Shown here in pieces: positions 1 to 8,873 of a stretch of DNA of 64,000 nucleotides (within the stretch, counting starts at the first letter, position 1; the number at the start of each line of letters is the position of its first letter). This DNA is from Candidatus Fermentibacteraceae bacterium (GTDB taxonomy: Bacteria > Fermentibacterota > Fermentibacteria > Fermentibacterales > JCC-6): NCBI GenBank assembly GCA_041750285.1, contig JBGSZS010000018.1:301514-365513 (forward strand). Reading direction: 5' to 3'. The notes below the pieces were generated by a model. The model was not told the origin of the DNA, did not search any database, and worked only from the letters and a program-made list of their open reading frames with translations. Position numbers and translations under genes: made by a program.

Positions 1-1371
1 GGGAAGGAGAAGGCTTGCCGCGATGAAGGCGATGGAGGCTCCCGACACGACGAACACCACGGGAAGCGTGAAAGCGGTCTTAAAAACCCCCAGATGGAAG
101 AGCGCAGTGAGAATCACACCGGCCGTGATCCCCGAAAGGGCTCCGGCACCGGATGCCTTCCTCCAGTACAGAGTGCCCAGATAGACCGGAAACAGCGCGG
201 CGAGCCCCGTGAAGGTCTCCCGCGCAAGGACAAGGAAGGATTCGGGAGGCCTGAACGAAAGCAGAAGCCCCCCCGCAGCAAGTACCAGTACCAGTGCCTT
301 GCCAGCCCAGCGGGGCGCCTGTCTGCCGGAGAGGGGCTCCCAAACGTCACGGGTGAACATTGATGAGAGGGTGAGAAGCTGGGAGTCCATCGTGGACATG
401 AGGGCTGCGAGCCCCGCGGTCACCAGCAGCGACTCAAGAACCCCCGGACACGCCCTGGCCAGCAGCATCGGCAGGATGCGGTCGACACCCGCCCCCTCGG
501 GAAGCTCCGGTATCCAGTGCCTTGCGATCACTCCCAGCGTGACGGGTATGAGGAACAGCACACCGGTGACAAGCGGGTACATCCTGGCGGACAGTGCGAG
601 CGACCGGCGTCCCGACGCGGCGAAGAAACGCTGGAAGAGCTGCGGGAACATGGGGTCGGCCCATAGCCACAAAAGCATGTAGCCCAGCCAGATTCCCGGC
701 GAATAAGCCGCGCTTCTGCTGAAAAGTCCGGGATGGGAAACAGCCAGTCCCTGAAAAAGTGTGGCCCCACCCCCCCGGATAAGCAGGACGAGAAGCACGA
801 CACCCATGAGAAGCGGCATGAGGAGCCCCTGAAAGCAGTCGGTGAGGGCCACGCCCCGGAGGCCGGACCGGAACGTGTAAAGGACCATGACAAGAACCGT
901 AAGGGATGCCCCCGTGGCGTACCTGATGCCGAAGAGGCTTTCCAGGGCGTATCCGGCGGCCATGGGCTGCATGGCCAGGTAGGGAAGCGTGAGGGCTGCC
1001 ATGACGGCGAAAGACGCCGTCCCCACTGCCCTTCCGCCATACCGGGCCCTCAGCACCTCCGACGGACTGACGAGTCTTCGGGCTTTCCCAAGACCGTGCA
1101 CGGGCAGCCCGAGAACGATGAACATGGCCGCCATTAAACCTGTTCCAAGAGCCATCTGCGGGTAGTACTGGAATCCCGTTGAGTACCCCTGCCCACTGAA
1201 GCCGAACACGGTGAAGGCACTGAAATTGGTTGCGGAGAGGGTGAGGAGCGTCACGACCGGGGAGAGCTTCCGTGAAGCCAGGAAGTAGGCTTCATCCCCT
1301 TTTTCTGCGCCCTTCCGGGCAAGCCAGCCCAGGGCGAGAAGAACGACAAGGTAAAGTGAAACGATGATCAC
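1..1371 (-). CDS. Sodium:solute symporter (SSS) family protein, 3' end runs off window
   Basis: Read by hand (absent from the ORF track because it has no stop in the window). GTG at 1371 follows GGAGG. Translation VIIVSLYLVVLLALGWL..YFLASRKL..SATNFSAFTVFG..AALMSTMDSQLL carries SSS motifs. Confidence 0.9.
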   Translation of the reverse strand, partial: MIIVSLYLVVLLALGWLARKGAEKGDEAYFLASRKLSPVVTLLTLSATNFSAFTVFGFSGQGYSTGFQYYPQMALGTGLMAAMFIVLGLPVHGLGKARRLVSPSEVLRARYGGRAVGTASFAVMAALTLPYLAMQPMAAGYALESLFGIRYATGASLTVLVMVLYTFRSGLRGVALTDCFQGLLMPLLMGVVLLVLLIRGGGATLFQGLAVSHPGLFSRSAAYSPGIWLGYMLLWLWADPMFPQLFQRFFAASGRRSLALSARMYPLVTGVLFLIPVTLGVIARHWIPELPEGAGVDRILPMLLARACPGVLESLLVTAGLAALMSTMDSQLLTLSSMFTRDVWEPLSGRQAPRWAGKALVLVLAAGGLLLSFRPPESFLVLARETFTGLAALFPVYLGTLYWRKASGAGALSGITAGVILTALFHLGVFKTAFTLPVVFVVSGASIAFIAASLLLP

Positions 1372-1466
1372 TGCATTCCTCCCTGAAGTTTTCGGTCAGG
1401 CTGGGTGGCCTTCAGGGAGGCCTGACATGCCTGGACGCGCCGAATATAACCCCATAGTTTACCGCA

Positions 1467-1545
1467 AGGATTGGGGGTGGCCTCCCGGGGCCTGAGAACA
1501 TACCCTTGGAACTTGAACGGATTAGCATCCGCGGAAGGAAATCCT
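1467..1545 (+). promoter_or_regulatory. TPP riboswitch
   Basis: P1 AGGATT/AATCCT encloses GGGG..CTGAGA..ACCC..GAACTTGA..GCGGAAGGAA, matching the THI-box consensus. Lies directly upstream of thiM. Confidence 0.9.
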
Positions 1546-1570
1546 GCCGCACGGAATTGGAAGGCAACCC

Positions 1571-2374
1571 ATGAAAGCACTGCCCGATTTCCCCGGACTC
1601 GCGGGGCTTGTCCGCGAGCGGCGTCCGCTCGTCCACCACATCACGAACGATGTCGTGAACAACCTCACGGCAAACATCACCCTCGCTCTGGGCGCCTCGC
1701 CGGTAATGGCGCCCTGCATCCTCGAATCACCGGAAATGGTAGCCCATGCGGGTGCGCTCGTCCTCAACATCGGCACCCTGAACCCTGAACTGGTGGGGAG
1801 CATGAAGGCTGCGGGGACCGAAGCGGCGCGACTGGGAATCCCGATCATCTTCGACCCGGTGGGCGTGGGGGCAACCACCTTCCGCACGAGGGTCGGCCTT
1901 GAGATTATGAAAGAGCTCAGGATAGCCGTGATCCGGGGCAACGCCGGCGAGGTACTTGGTCTGGCGGGTGCACAGGGTGCCGTGAGGGGAGTCGACTCGC
2001 TGGACAGCAGCGCAGGCCGGGAAGCATTCCTTCAGGATCACGCCCGCAAAACCGGCTCCGTGATCGCGGTTACCGGGGCCGAAGACTTCATCACCGACGG
2101 AATCCGGTGGGCGAGGTGCGGAAACGGCCACAGGACAATGGGCAGGGTGACCGGGACCGGGTGCGGCGCCACAACAGCCGTCGCGTGTTTCGCTGCAGCG
2201 GGGATACCCCCGTTCGATGCCACCCTTGCGGGGCTTGTCACCTACGCTCTCGCCGGTGAGGTGGCGGGAGGGAAGGCATCCGGCCCGGGAAGTTTCGTTC
2301 CCCTGTTCATCGACGCCCTGGCGGACCCCGATTCCCTGCCGTGGGACTCGGTGCGTCTGGAAACCGGCCCGTGA
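1571..2374 (+). CDS. thiM: Hydroxyethylthiazole kinase
   Basis: PLVHHITNDV, LALGASPVMA, DPVGVGAT, IRGNAGE and VTGTGC motifs. Confidence 0.95.
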   Translation: MKALPDFPGLAGLVRERRPLVHHITNDVVNNLTANITLALGASPVMAPCILESPEMVAHAGALVLNIGTLNPELVGSMKAAGTEAARLGIPIIFDPVGVGATTFRTRVGLEIMKELRIAVIRGNAGEVLGLAGAQGAVRGVDSLDSSAGREAFLQDHARKTGSVIAVTGAEDFITDGIRWARCGNGHRTMGRVTGTGCGATTAVACFAAAGIPPFDATLAGLVTYALAGEVAGGKASGPGSFVPLFIDALADPDSLPWDSVRLETGP

Positions 2375-3003
2375 GAACCGGTCTTCGGGACGCCCTAAGG
2401 CTTTACCTGGTCACAGACCCCGTGATGTGCGGCCCCCGTTGCGTGCTCGAGGTATGCGGGAAAGCGCTGACCGCAGGTGTGGGCTTCCTTCAACTCCGTG
2501 ACAAGACCGCGTCGACACGTGAGCTCCTCGAACAGGCGAAAGCCATGGTCCGCATGTCGAACGATCATCAAACCGTCTTCGTGGTGAATGACAGGGTCGA
2601 TGTGGCGATGGCATCCGGCGCCCACGGAGTTCATCTGGGCGTCGACGACATGCCCGTGGCAACAGCGAGGAGGCTCATGGGACCGGAAGCGATCATCGGA
2701 GCCTCGGTGAGAACACTCGAAGAGGCTGTGGGTGCCTGGAAGGACGGTGCCGACTACCTGGCGGCCAACATCGTCTTTCACACCCCCACGAAGCCCGACC
2801 CGCGCGAACCACTGGGCCTTTCCGGGGTAACGCTCCTTGCAGGCGCGACCCCCCTGCCCCTTGTGGCAATCGGAGGCATAAACATCTCGAACGCCCGGAG
2901 CGTCATCGATGCGGGGGCAGCCGGAATAGCAGTGGTCTCCGCCATCATGTCCGCCCCCGACCCCGCCTTTGCCGCCCGGCAATTGGGGAACGCAATACTC
3001 TAA
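2371..3003 (+). CDS. thiE: Thiamine-phosphate synthase
   Basis: LYLVTD, QLRDK, VNDRVD, HGVHLG, TPTK and VAIGGI motifs. GTG start overlaps the thiM stop (GTGA). Confidence 0.95.
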   Translation: MRTGLRDALRLYLVTDPVMCGPRCVLEVCGKALTAGVGFLQLRDKTASTRELLEQAKAMVRMSNDHQTVFVVNDRVDVAMASGAHGVHLGVDDMPVATARRLMGPEAIIGASVRTLEEAVGAWKDGADYLAANIVFHTPTKPDPREPLGLSGVTLLAGATPLPLVAIGGINISNARSVIDAGAAGIAVVSAIMSAPDPAFAARQLGNAIL

Positions 3004-3063
3004 TCCGGGGACGCATTTCCCCCCGGATACAGGGGGGGCGGGATCGCTCCCGCCCCCCCTTTC
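3003..3063. terminator. Two tandem hairpins between convergent thiE and OmpA-domain genes
   Basis: ATCCGGGG/CCCCGGAT, then AGGGGGGGCGGGA/TCCCGCCCCCCCT followed by a short T run. Confidence 0.7.
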
Positions 3064-3078
3064 GAAGATATGCCTGGC

Positions 3079-4995
3079 TCAGCGGCCCAGGATGATGAAC
3101 TCGGCCCTCCGGTTCTGTGACCGGTGCGTCTCGTCGGTGTTGGGGGTATCGGGACGGGACTCGCCGTAGCTCACGGTGCCCAGTCTTGCTTCACCGACGC
3201 CCTTGGCGATTAGGTAGTTGCGGACGGCTTCGGCCCTGCGCTCGCCGAGGTTCTGGTTGTAGTTCTCCTCGCCGAGGTCGCAGGTGTTGCCGGTTATGGT
3301 GACGGAAACACCGGGGTTGGCCAGAAGGAACGAGGCGATGTTGTCGAGTGCCGTCCTGGCGTCGCCCCTTATCACATCGCTGTCGAGGTCGAAGTAGACC
3401 TTGTCGAAGTCCACGACGAGATCGAGCTGGAAGTCCTGCGTGACGGAGGCTCCCGCGGGTATCGACACTGTGGCGTTCTCGGACCCGTAGGCTGCTGCCG
3501 AGGCCGTGAGGGTCCTGCTGCCCGATGCCAGTTCCATTGTGTAGAAGCCCTGTGCGTCGGCCTGGGCGGTCACGCTGCCGGAGGTGACCGTGGCTGCAAG
3601 AGGAAGCCCCGAGGAGGCATCAGTTACGGTTCCGCTGACGGTCCCGGTGGTCTGAACGCGCTCGAGGGGGAAGTCGACCTGGTGGGTGCCACCCGATACC
3701 GCGGCAACCGTCGAACTCATCGGAAGGTAGCCCTCGGCTGAGGCGGTGAGGCCGGTCTCTCCCCTTGAGACCTCGACCGAGTAGACGCCATCGGCATTGG
3801 CGGTCACGGGGCCGACACCGGCCCTGTCGATGCTGACGGTTCCCGGAAGAGCCTGGCCGGTGGCCGCATCGTAGATCCGTCCGCCGATGGTGGCCTTTGC
3901 GCTCCTGATGTCTCCAACGTAGGTGAAGTTCACGCCGATGCCCATGCTGGGAGCGTACCCACCAGGGAACGGGGCGTAATTGGCCCTGTCCTCCTCTGTG
4001 GGGGTGCCGCCGGCCTGGAAGAGGCTGTGGCCAAGGTCCGACCACTGGGGGTCGAAGGTGGAGAGGGCAAACGTGCCCTTCACGTCAACCGCAAGGCCGG
4101 TGGTGTTGAAGCGCACGCCCGGGGAGACCTGTATGTGGTCGTCGTAATCCTCGCCGTCGCCTGCGTCGAAGTTCCTGTCAAGGAAGTGGTTCCACTCGAC
4201 CTCGGCGAAGAGGGTGGTGGTGCCGATGGGGTACTCGATGCCTGCGCCTGCCCTGAGCACCGGATCGCTGACTTCCATGTCAACGACCTCTGTGGCGACT
4301 ACGTTGTGGTTGGCATCGTACCTCGAGTCGGTGAACTGGAAGGTCTGGTTGAACTGATGGTAGCCGGCGTTGGCGGTAAGCACAACAGGCCTGAGGTCGA
4401 AGGAAGCAAGAAGGTCGGCACCGTAGCTGAAGCTGCCGGCGTTGATCATGGGGCGCCTGAGGCTGAACATGGGCTGACCGTGCTCCCATACACCGTCCCA
4501 GCCGTCGCCGTTCTCAACGAAGCTGCTGTATCCGCCGTCGTGGATCGAGAAGGCCGCCCAGGGCATGATGCTGAACCAGCTGCCGGTCGAGGAGGGGTTC
4601 ACGTTGTACTTCAGGGAAAGCCTCGCCTCGCTGAAACCGTCATCACCCTCCCAGTCGCCGGAGATCTCCGCGCTTTCACTGTCGCGCTTCATCTGATTCA
4701 CAAGGTAGGTGACGCTGACACCCATTTCTGCTGCACGGCCGAGGCCCAGACCGGCAATGAAATGGGCTGTTCCATCGAACTCGGTGTTGGTGATGTCGGT
4801 GACCTCACCCGAGAGGACTCCCGTGCGGGTGTCGCTGGAGATCCCGAGATCTGTGAACAGGCCGACGGCAAACTTGCCCGCGCCGAACGTCCGGGCATCG
4901 GAAATCCTGTTGAGTCCCCGTACACCCCACCATGAAGGAAGGGCGGCGGCTGTTCCCGCAACGAGAACAAGCATGATGAACAGAACACTGCGCAA
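3079..4995 (-). CDS. Outer-membrane protein: N-terminal beta-barrel-like region, two carboxypeptidase-regulatory-like beta-sandwich repeats, C-terminal OmpA peptidoglycan-binding domain
   Basis: Signal peptide, repeats G.I.DA..G..L, and OmpA_C motifs VYFDLDS, YNQNLGERRAEAV, SYGESRP, NRRAEF. Confidence 0.9.
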   Translation of the reverse strand: MRSVLFIMLVLVAGTAAALPSWWGVRGLNRISDARTFGAGKFAVGLFTDLGISSDTRTGVLSGEVTDITNTEFDGTAHFIAGLGLGRAAEMGVSVTYLVNQMKRDSESAEISGDWEGDDGFSEARLSLKYNVNPSSTGSWFSIMPWAAFSIHDGGYSSFVENGDGWDGVWEHGQPMFSLRRPMINAGSFSYGADLLASFDLRPVVLTANAGYHQFNQTFQFTDSRYDANHNVVATEVVDMEVSDPVLRAGAGIEYPIGTTTLFAEVEWNHFLDRNFDAGDGEDYDDHIQVSPGVRFNTTGLAVDVKGTFALSTFDPQWSDLGHSLFQAGGTPTEEDRANYAPFPGGYAPSMGIGVNFTYVGDIRSAKATIGGRIYDAATGQALPGTVSIDRAGVGPVTANADGVYSVEVSRGETGLTASAEGYLPMSSTVAAVSGGTHQVDFPLERVQTTGTVSGTVTDASSGLPLAATVTSGSVTAQADAQGFYTMELASGSRTLTASAAAYGSENATVSIPAGASVTQDFQLDLVVDFDKVYFDLDSDVIRGDARTALDNIASFLLANPGVSVTITGNTCDLGEENYNQNLGERRAEAVRNYLIAKGVGEARLGTVSYGESRPDTPNTDETHRSQNRRAEFIILGR

Positions 4996-5062
4996 AATCG
5001 TTTCCCCTCTCTAAAGTGATATCTGGCAACAACATAGTAATTACATACCAGAATAACGTGTT

Positions 5063-5091
5063 ATTATAGGTCTTGGCATATGTTCTGTCAA
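5063..5091 (-). promoter_or_regulatory. Perfect-consensus sigma70 promoter for the OmpA-domain gene
   Basis: Minus strand reads TTGACA-17 nt-TATAAT in an AT-rich intergenic region. Confidence 0.85.
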
Positions 5092-5114
5092 ATGAAGGCT
5101 TCCGAGGCACCGCA

Positions 5115-6239
5115 TCATGCCGCAGGAATCCTCCCTCCCGGCAGTGTCAGGGTGAACGAGCCGCTGCTGATCCACGATCTGAGAGTTTCGGCGATCTCAA
5201 CGGCGCCCGGGCGGCTCGACAGGTTGTAGGAGGGCACTGTTCTGCCCCCCAGATCGATCGAACCCCGGAGAAGGTCGGCGCAGGAAACCAGTCCCAGCGT
5301 GCCGGGCGAGTTCTCAGGGTAGCTCACACCGTAGTCGACGACCGGTGAGAGTATCATGTCGTCCGAAACACCCGTGAATGCAGCCATCTCTTCATCCAGG
5401 ATCGGGATGGGAACCCCGATTCCCACCATCAGGGAGACACCGTACCCCGCCAACACCACGGGCCGAAGCCACCGTGAGTTCATCCCGCAAAGATCGCCCC
5501 TCACCGAAAGGGTTCCGGCGCCACAGAGAGGCAGGCCTCCCGCCCCGCTCGGAGGTTCGGGGTCGTGCTGAGTCCCGCAGCCCATCACATACCCCGTCCC
5601 ACCGCCGAGGAAGATCCTTGTACCCACTCCGATCGTCCTGAAGAAGGGGTCGTTGAGCATGGGCGAGTACTCGCCCGCGCTGGAGAAACCCGCGTTGCCC
5701 AGATGGGGCCGCAGCGTTCCAAGGTAAGTCCTTATGGTCCTCCCGGTGGTGTTAACGGCAACGTTGTAGTTCTGGTACGCGTTGCGGAAGTTGAAGAGCT
5801 CCGCGCTCCTGAAATCGGGAAGAGCCATGGTCATGTCCATCGTCTTCCTGGGATAGCAGTCCGAACCGTGGCCGGACCCGGTGAGCCTCACCCTGTCCCC
5901 CCGCACGAGATCATGGATAACGTGCGCACCACCGTAGTCTTCCCTTTCCCCCCTGGCGGTCGCGCCAAGGAACAGGTCGACCGCCGCTATGCCGGCGTAC
6001 GCAGGAACTCCGTTCAGGAAGGCCTCGCGAAAGTTTATCCTCGGGCTCGTGTGACCCGTGTTGAGCAATACACCGCTGGAACACATGGCGCCGAACGTCG
6101 CCGTCGTCACTACATCGACCGCCCTCGCCGCGGCGCCGGCACCCCGTTCCCGAACCAGCAGGGTCATCTCGCCAGCGGTGAGGACCACGGCATCTCCCCT
6201 GACGATCCTGTCGTTTATCTCTTCAAGGCTTTTCGCCAT
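5115..6239 (-). CDS. Homocysteine biosynthesis protein (L-aspartate semialdehyde sulfurtransferase, DUF39/MA1821-like), no CBS domains
   Basis: MAKSLEEINDRI..DVVTTATFGAMCSSG, DCYPRK, RNAYQNYNVAVN, SPMLNDP..TIGVGTRIFLGG, GIGVPIPILDEE. ATG at 6239 is coupled to the upstream stop. Confidence 0.9.
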   Translation of the reverse strand: MAKSLEEINDRIVRGDAVVLTAGEMTLLVRERGAGAAARAVDVVTTATFGAMCSSGVLLNTGHTSPRINFREAFLNGVPAYAGIAAVDLFLGATARGEREDYGGAHVIHDLVRGDRVRLTGSGHGSDCYPRKTMDMTMALPDFRSAELFNFRNAYQNYNVAVNTTGRTIRTYLGTLRPHLGNAGFSSAGEYSPMLNDPFFRTIGVGTRIFLGGGTGYVMGCGTQHDPEPPSGAGGLPLCGAGTLSVRGDLCGMNSRWLRPVVLAGYGVSLMVGIGVPIPILDEEMAAFTGVSDDMILSPVVDYGVSYPENSPGTLGLVSCADLLRGSIDLGGRTVPSYNLSSRPGAVEIAETLRSWISSGSFTLTLPGGRIPAA

Positions 6240-6958
6240 CACGCCTCCTCCATCCGCAAATCCCCCCAGACGCCAAGGCACCCGCCTGCACAGACCACCA
6301 GGGCCTTGAGCCTTCGTCTGCAGGACTCGAGTGAGATCACCCTCTCCACATCGGTCTCCGACCTGAGAGTATTGGCAAGTGCCGTGGCTGCGGCATCGGC
6401 CATGGCCCCCGAGGGATGAACCGCGGTGACCGAGTCTGCGCTGCCGAAGGAGAAGGAGGGACCCATCCTGCCGCTGGAGGTGCACACAGCCATCCCCCTG
6501 CTGCAGTCAACGCTGAACGCCAGGTTACCCCTGAAGGGAGAGTCCTCGCCGGGGTACACATAAAAGCGCAGCCTGCCCGGATGGACGGCCCACACGTCTC
6601 CCCCGTTCTCGACGATGACGGTGCGGGAGAACAGCCGGAGCTGTTCCCCCACACCCTGTGCCACTGCGCCGGCAACCGCCGCCATCGGTCCCGTACCGAA
6701 GGCTTCGGCAGCCGCCTCCATCTCCCGGGCAATACCACCTTCAGGTGATGTTACCACGGGAACCATTGTCTCCCCGAAAACCGGGAATGCCCTCATGTGG
6801 GCCTCGATGTCACGCCTGCACCTGGCAAGGGCCTTCTCGGTGAAGCCTTTCATGGGCTTCGAGGCGTGGATCTCGAGGTCGCTCTCCCCGAGGACCGTTT
6901 TCCAGGCGTACAACTTTCCGCCTGCGGTCCAGCCGCGATAGAATCTTTGGGTGTACAA
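6239..6958 (-). CDS. UPF0280/COG2122 ApbE-superfamily protein (MA1715-like, sulfide assimilation)
   Basis: GPMAAVAGAVA, VIVENGGD, CTSSG..GPSFSFGSAD and ADAAATALAN motifs. TTG start with GGAG RBS. Confidence 0.9.
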   Translation of the reverse strand: MYTQRFYRGWTAGGKLYAWKTVLGESDLEIHASKPMKGFTEKALARCRRDIEAHMRAFPVFGETMVPVVTSPEGGIAREMEAAAEAFGTGPMAAVAGAVAQGVGEQLRLFSRTVIVENGGDVWAVHPGRLRFYVYPGEDSPFRGNLAFSVDCSRGMAVCTSSGRMGPSFSFGSADSVTAVHPSGAMADAAATALANTLRSETDVERVISLESCRRRLKALVVCAGGCLGVWGDLRMEEA

Positions 6959-7036
6959 CTTTTGTCTCCGCTGGTTAAGTCGTTTCCCTGTCTGCCTGCC
7001 ACCTGGCCGTGAAGGCCCCCGAAGGAATGACCGCCG

Positions 7037-7135
7037 TCACCCCTTCAGGGGCCCGGGCATTGTCATGTGCACGCAGTGGGAATCCAGCGCAAAGGCAGGG
7101 AAGTGGCCGCAAAGCCCTTTGATCAGAAGCATCAT
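7037..7135 (-). CDS. Putative 32-aa leader peptide MMLLIKGLCGHFPAFALDSHCVHMTMPGPLKG
   Basis: GGAGG 5 nt before ATG ATG, just downstream of the riboswitch terminator. Below the ORF-track length cutoff. Confidence 0.45.
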   Translation of the reverse strand: MMLLIKGLCGHFPAFALDSHCVHMTMPGPLKG

Positions 7136-7149
7136 GCACACCTCCCTGA

Positions 7150-7181
7150 GAAAAGAAAAACCGCCCTATGCATCAGGCGGT
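7150..7181 (-). terminator. Intrinsic terminator (riboswitch expression platform)
   Basis: Minus strand ACCGCC..GGCGGT hairpin followed by TTTTCTTTT. Confidence 0.85.
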
Positions 7182-7185
7182 GAGT

Positions 7186-7284
7186 TGCAGGTATTTTTCG
7201 TTTTCACGCACATCGGCCTGAGCCTTGCCACCGTGGACCTGCAGTCTCGGTTGGCGACCCCCGAAGAGGTCTCCTGATGCACGC
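7186..7284 (-). promoter_or_regulatory. SAM-I/IV-type riboswitch
   Basis: Minus strand GCATCAGGAG-[GACCTC TTCG GGGGTC]-GCCAACC..CACGGTGGCAA..GATGTGC. P3-loop TGCAGGT can pair with downstream ACCTGCA (pseudoknot). Lies upstream of homocysteine genes. Confidence 0.8.
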
Positions 7285-7286
7285 CT

Positions 7287-7315
7287 ATTATTCCCCGTGA
7301 TCCCGGCAACGTCAA
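7287..7315 (-). promoter_or_regulatory. Sigma70-like promoter for the SAM riboswitch leader
   Basis: TTGACG-17 nt-AATAAT. The predicted start (about 7280) coincides with the riboswitch 5' end. Confidence 0.7.
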
Positions 7316-7428
7316 CACCTCTTGCGCCCCGAAAGCGGATGTGCAATGATACATTCATCTCCGCTGGTTCTTCCGGGTTCCCGGAAGCGTTTCCGCATTT
7401 CACCCAGAATCTCTGAAAGGCTTTGTCC

Positions 7429-8304
7429 ATGCGAATTGCGGAAATCTATGGCGGAGGCGGTCCGGTATTGTCACTCGAGGTCTTTCCTCCCAGACCGGGC
7501 TACCCCATCGATTCGGTTTTCAAGACATTGAACGGCCTGGCGGACCTGTCCCCGGGCTTCATCAGCGTCACGTACAACCCACAGGGCGACAACGGCAGCC
7601 GCACCGAAGAGATCGCCTTCCGTATCAGGAGGGACTACGGGCTGGAATCGCTTGCCCACCTTACCTGCCTGTCCCATGGAAGGACCGAAATAGGGGATAT
7701 CCTAGACAGATTGAACGGTGGCGGTGTGGAGAACGTCCTGGCACTAAGGGGCGACCCTCAAAAGAATGCACCAGGAACCGGGACTGACTTCAGATATGCG
7801 TTCCAGCTCATCCGGGAGGTGAAAAAAAGGGGATGCTTCTCCGTGGGAGCGGCGGCGTACCCCGAGGGACACACGGAATCGCCCAGCATCCACGGAGACA
7901 TCGACAGGGTGAAGCAGAAGGTGGATGCGGGAGCCGATTTCCTCATAACACAGATGTTCTTCGACAACAGGGTATTCTTCGACTTCCTGCACAGGGCGCG
8001 CTGGCGGGGGATAGACGTTCCCGTGATACCGGGCATAATGCCCGTTCTCAACTTCCGGCAGATCAAGCGTATCATATACATGTGCGGGGTGTCGATCCCC
8101 GCCAGGCTTCTGAGGATATTCGAGAGGCACGGCGGTAACAGCGGAGACCTTCAGAAGGCGGGAATGGAGTACGCGGTGGAGCAGATCGCCAACCTTCTAT
8201 CCCACGGAGTCCCGGGGGTTCACCTCTACACGATGAACCGGGTTGATGAGACACGAAGGATAGTCGCCGACTGCGGTATCGAGTCGATGGAGTCAACCGC
8301 ATGA
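7429..8304 (+). CDS. metF: 5,10-methylenetetrahydrofolate reductase
   Basis: SLEVFPP, SVTY, AHLTC, LALRGD, AAYPEGH, ITQMFFD, PGIMP and HLYTMN motifs. Confidence 0.95.
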   Translation: MRIAEIYGGGGPVLSLEVFPPRPGYPIDSVFKTLNGLADLSPGFISVTYNPQGDNGSRTEEIAFRIRRDYGLESLAHLTCLSHGRTEIGDILDRLNGGGVENVLALRGDPQKNAPGTGTDFRYAFQLIREVKKRGCFSVGAAAYPEGHTESPSIHGDIDRVKQKVDAGADFLITQMFFDNRVFFDFLHRARWRGIDVPVIPGIMPVLNFRQIKRIIYMCGVSIPARLLRIFERHGGNSGDLQKAGMEYAVEQIANLLSHGVPGVHLYTMNRVDETRRIVADCGIESMESTA

Positions 8305-8873
8305 TGGTGCGGGTCCTTCAGCCGCCGGGCCCTCTTCCGGATGTGGACAGGGTGCTCTGGCGTTCCGGAACCCCTCCTTCCAAAGCGGGGCGCGACCTCG
8401 AAACAAGGGCGCAGGAAGCCGTTTCAGATCTCGCGGGTTTTATGAGGCCGCGCGTCGGGATACTCACGGGCAGACGGCTTCCGGCATCAATTGAAGGCTG
8501 CTTCGCGCATCACCTGGGCGGGACTGGGGATGTCACAGTGCTGCTGGCAACCCTGGGGCAGGGGGTTGATGATCATATTGACCTTCTCCTGAGCCGGAAG
8601 GAAACGCTCAAGGCACACATGTTCAACTCCGCCGCAAGCGAATCGGTCGAGCTCCTGGCAGCCTGGGCACAAATGCAGGAGGCATTGGCGCACCCTGGCA
8701 TGGATCCCACGAAAAGGCTCGCACCGGGGTACAACGGAGTGCCTCTCGAGGTGCAGCCCTTGGTGGTGGGGCTTTTCCCGGGGCTTGGCGTCACCTGCAC
8801 CGAGAGCTGCTACCTGGTTCCATCGAAAACATTGACGGGAGTATGGGGATGGGTGCTGCGAAAAGGCTTCTAG
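8301..8873 (+). CDS. Stand-alone methionine synthase reactivation-domain-like protein
   Basis: ATLG..D, SESVE, RLAPGY..VPLE.Q and VPSKT motifs resemble the short activation domain. Sits between metF and metH. Confidence 0.7.
   Translation: MMVRVLQPPGPLPDVDRVLWRSGTPPSKAGRDLETRAQEAVSDLAGFMRPRVGILTGRRLPASIEGCFAHHLGGTGDVTVLLATLGQGVDDHIDLLLSRKETLKAHMFNSAASESVELLAAWAQMQEALAHPGMDPTKRLAPGYNGVPLEVQPLVVGLFPGLGVTCTESCYLVPSKTLTGVWGWVLRKGF

Noticed and set aside
4027-4935. Long antisense ORFs (also 40346-40936, 42637-43650, 50541-51476)
   Set aside because: They are shadow frames opposite strongly codon-biased real genes and carry no recognisable motifs.
6240-6485. N-terminal extension of the homocysteine gene in the ORF track
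   Set aside because: It overlaps the COG2122 gene; family similarity begins at MAKSLEEIN (6239), which has an RBS.
7317-7428. Second SAM or cobalamin riboswitch in front of metF
   Set aside because: No conserved aptamer core was found on the plus strand.
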